64,000 nt of DNA from the human T2T-CHM13v2.0 reference genome, Homo sapiens. A model generated the notes under the pieces. It ran no database searches. It worked only from the letters and a program-made list of their open reading frames with translations, and was not told the origin of the DNA. A program made the translations under genes and the position numbers. Of the stretch, positions 63,790 through 64,000 are shown piece after piece. Where the stretch lies: NCBI RefSeq assembly GCF_009914755.1, contig NC_060929.1; one strand, written 5' to 3'. Position 1 is the stretch's first letter, and every line of letters starts with the position of its first letter.

Positions 63790-63995
63790 CCTTCATTAGT
63801 TACAATTTAAATTAATTCACTCCCCTTGCCCCCAGTCTGCTTCTTCTTTGGATATCCTAACTCAGTAAATGTCATTCCCATCCTCCTAGTTGTCCAAGCC
63901 AGAAATGTGAGTGATTATTAATCCCTATTTCTCTTACCTATTAACCAAGTCCTGTTTAGTCAAAACCCCTAAACATCAATCAAACCTATTCACCT
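63790..63995 (+). mobile_element. L2 fragment
   Basis: Contains 'ctcagtaaatgtcattcccatcctcctagttgtccaagccagaaa...accaagtcctgt'. Confidence 0.6.
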
Positions 63996-64000
63996 CTCTC

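Overview
This is primate (human-like) genomic DNA: AT-rich, CpG-depleted and dense in repeats. It is not prokaryotic, and no CRISPR array, rRNA or tRNA gene is visible. The only host coding sequence is a 65-bp minus-strand coding segment (15759->15695) reading MSIIMKPRSRSTSSLRTAEAV-(C) and ending at a GT donor. I recognise this from memory as the isoform-specific first exon of PDE4D9, so the window lies within PDE4D introns. The exon is preceded by several uATGs/uORFs and a CRE/GC-box promoter region. The rest of the window is retroelement history: a young twin-primed L1 of the GCG/A type, a deleted but end-to-end L1MA-like element, and a 14.4-kb four-guest nest. The nest is a MER50-like ERV1 provirus with a His PBS, hosting an L1PB1 (itself hosting an L1PA3), an Alu and a MER61-like solo LTR. 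Alus, a FAM, MER21, LTR16, MLT1, MIR and L2 relics are also present. I found no convincing novel multi-gene system. The best leads are regulatory (uORFs, CRE cluster, possible divergent TATA promoter) and mechanistic (insertion and repair scars, a 96-bp dispersed duplication, dsRNA-forming inverted repeats). Repeat subfamily names come from remembered consensus motifs and need RepeatMasker/Dfam confirmation.
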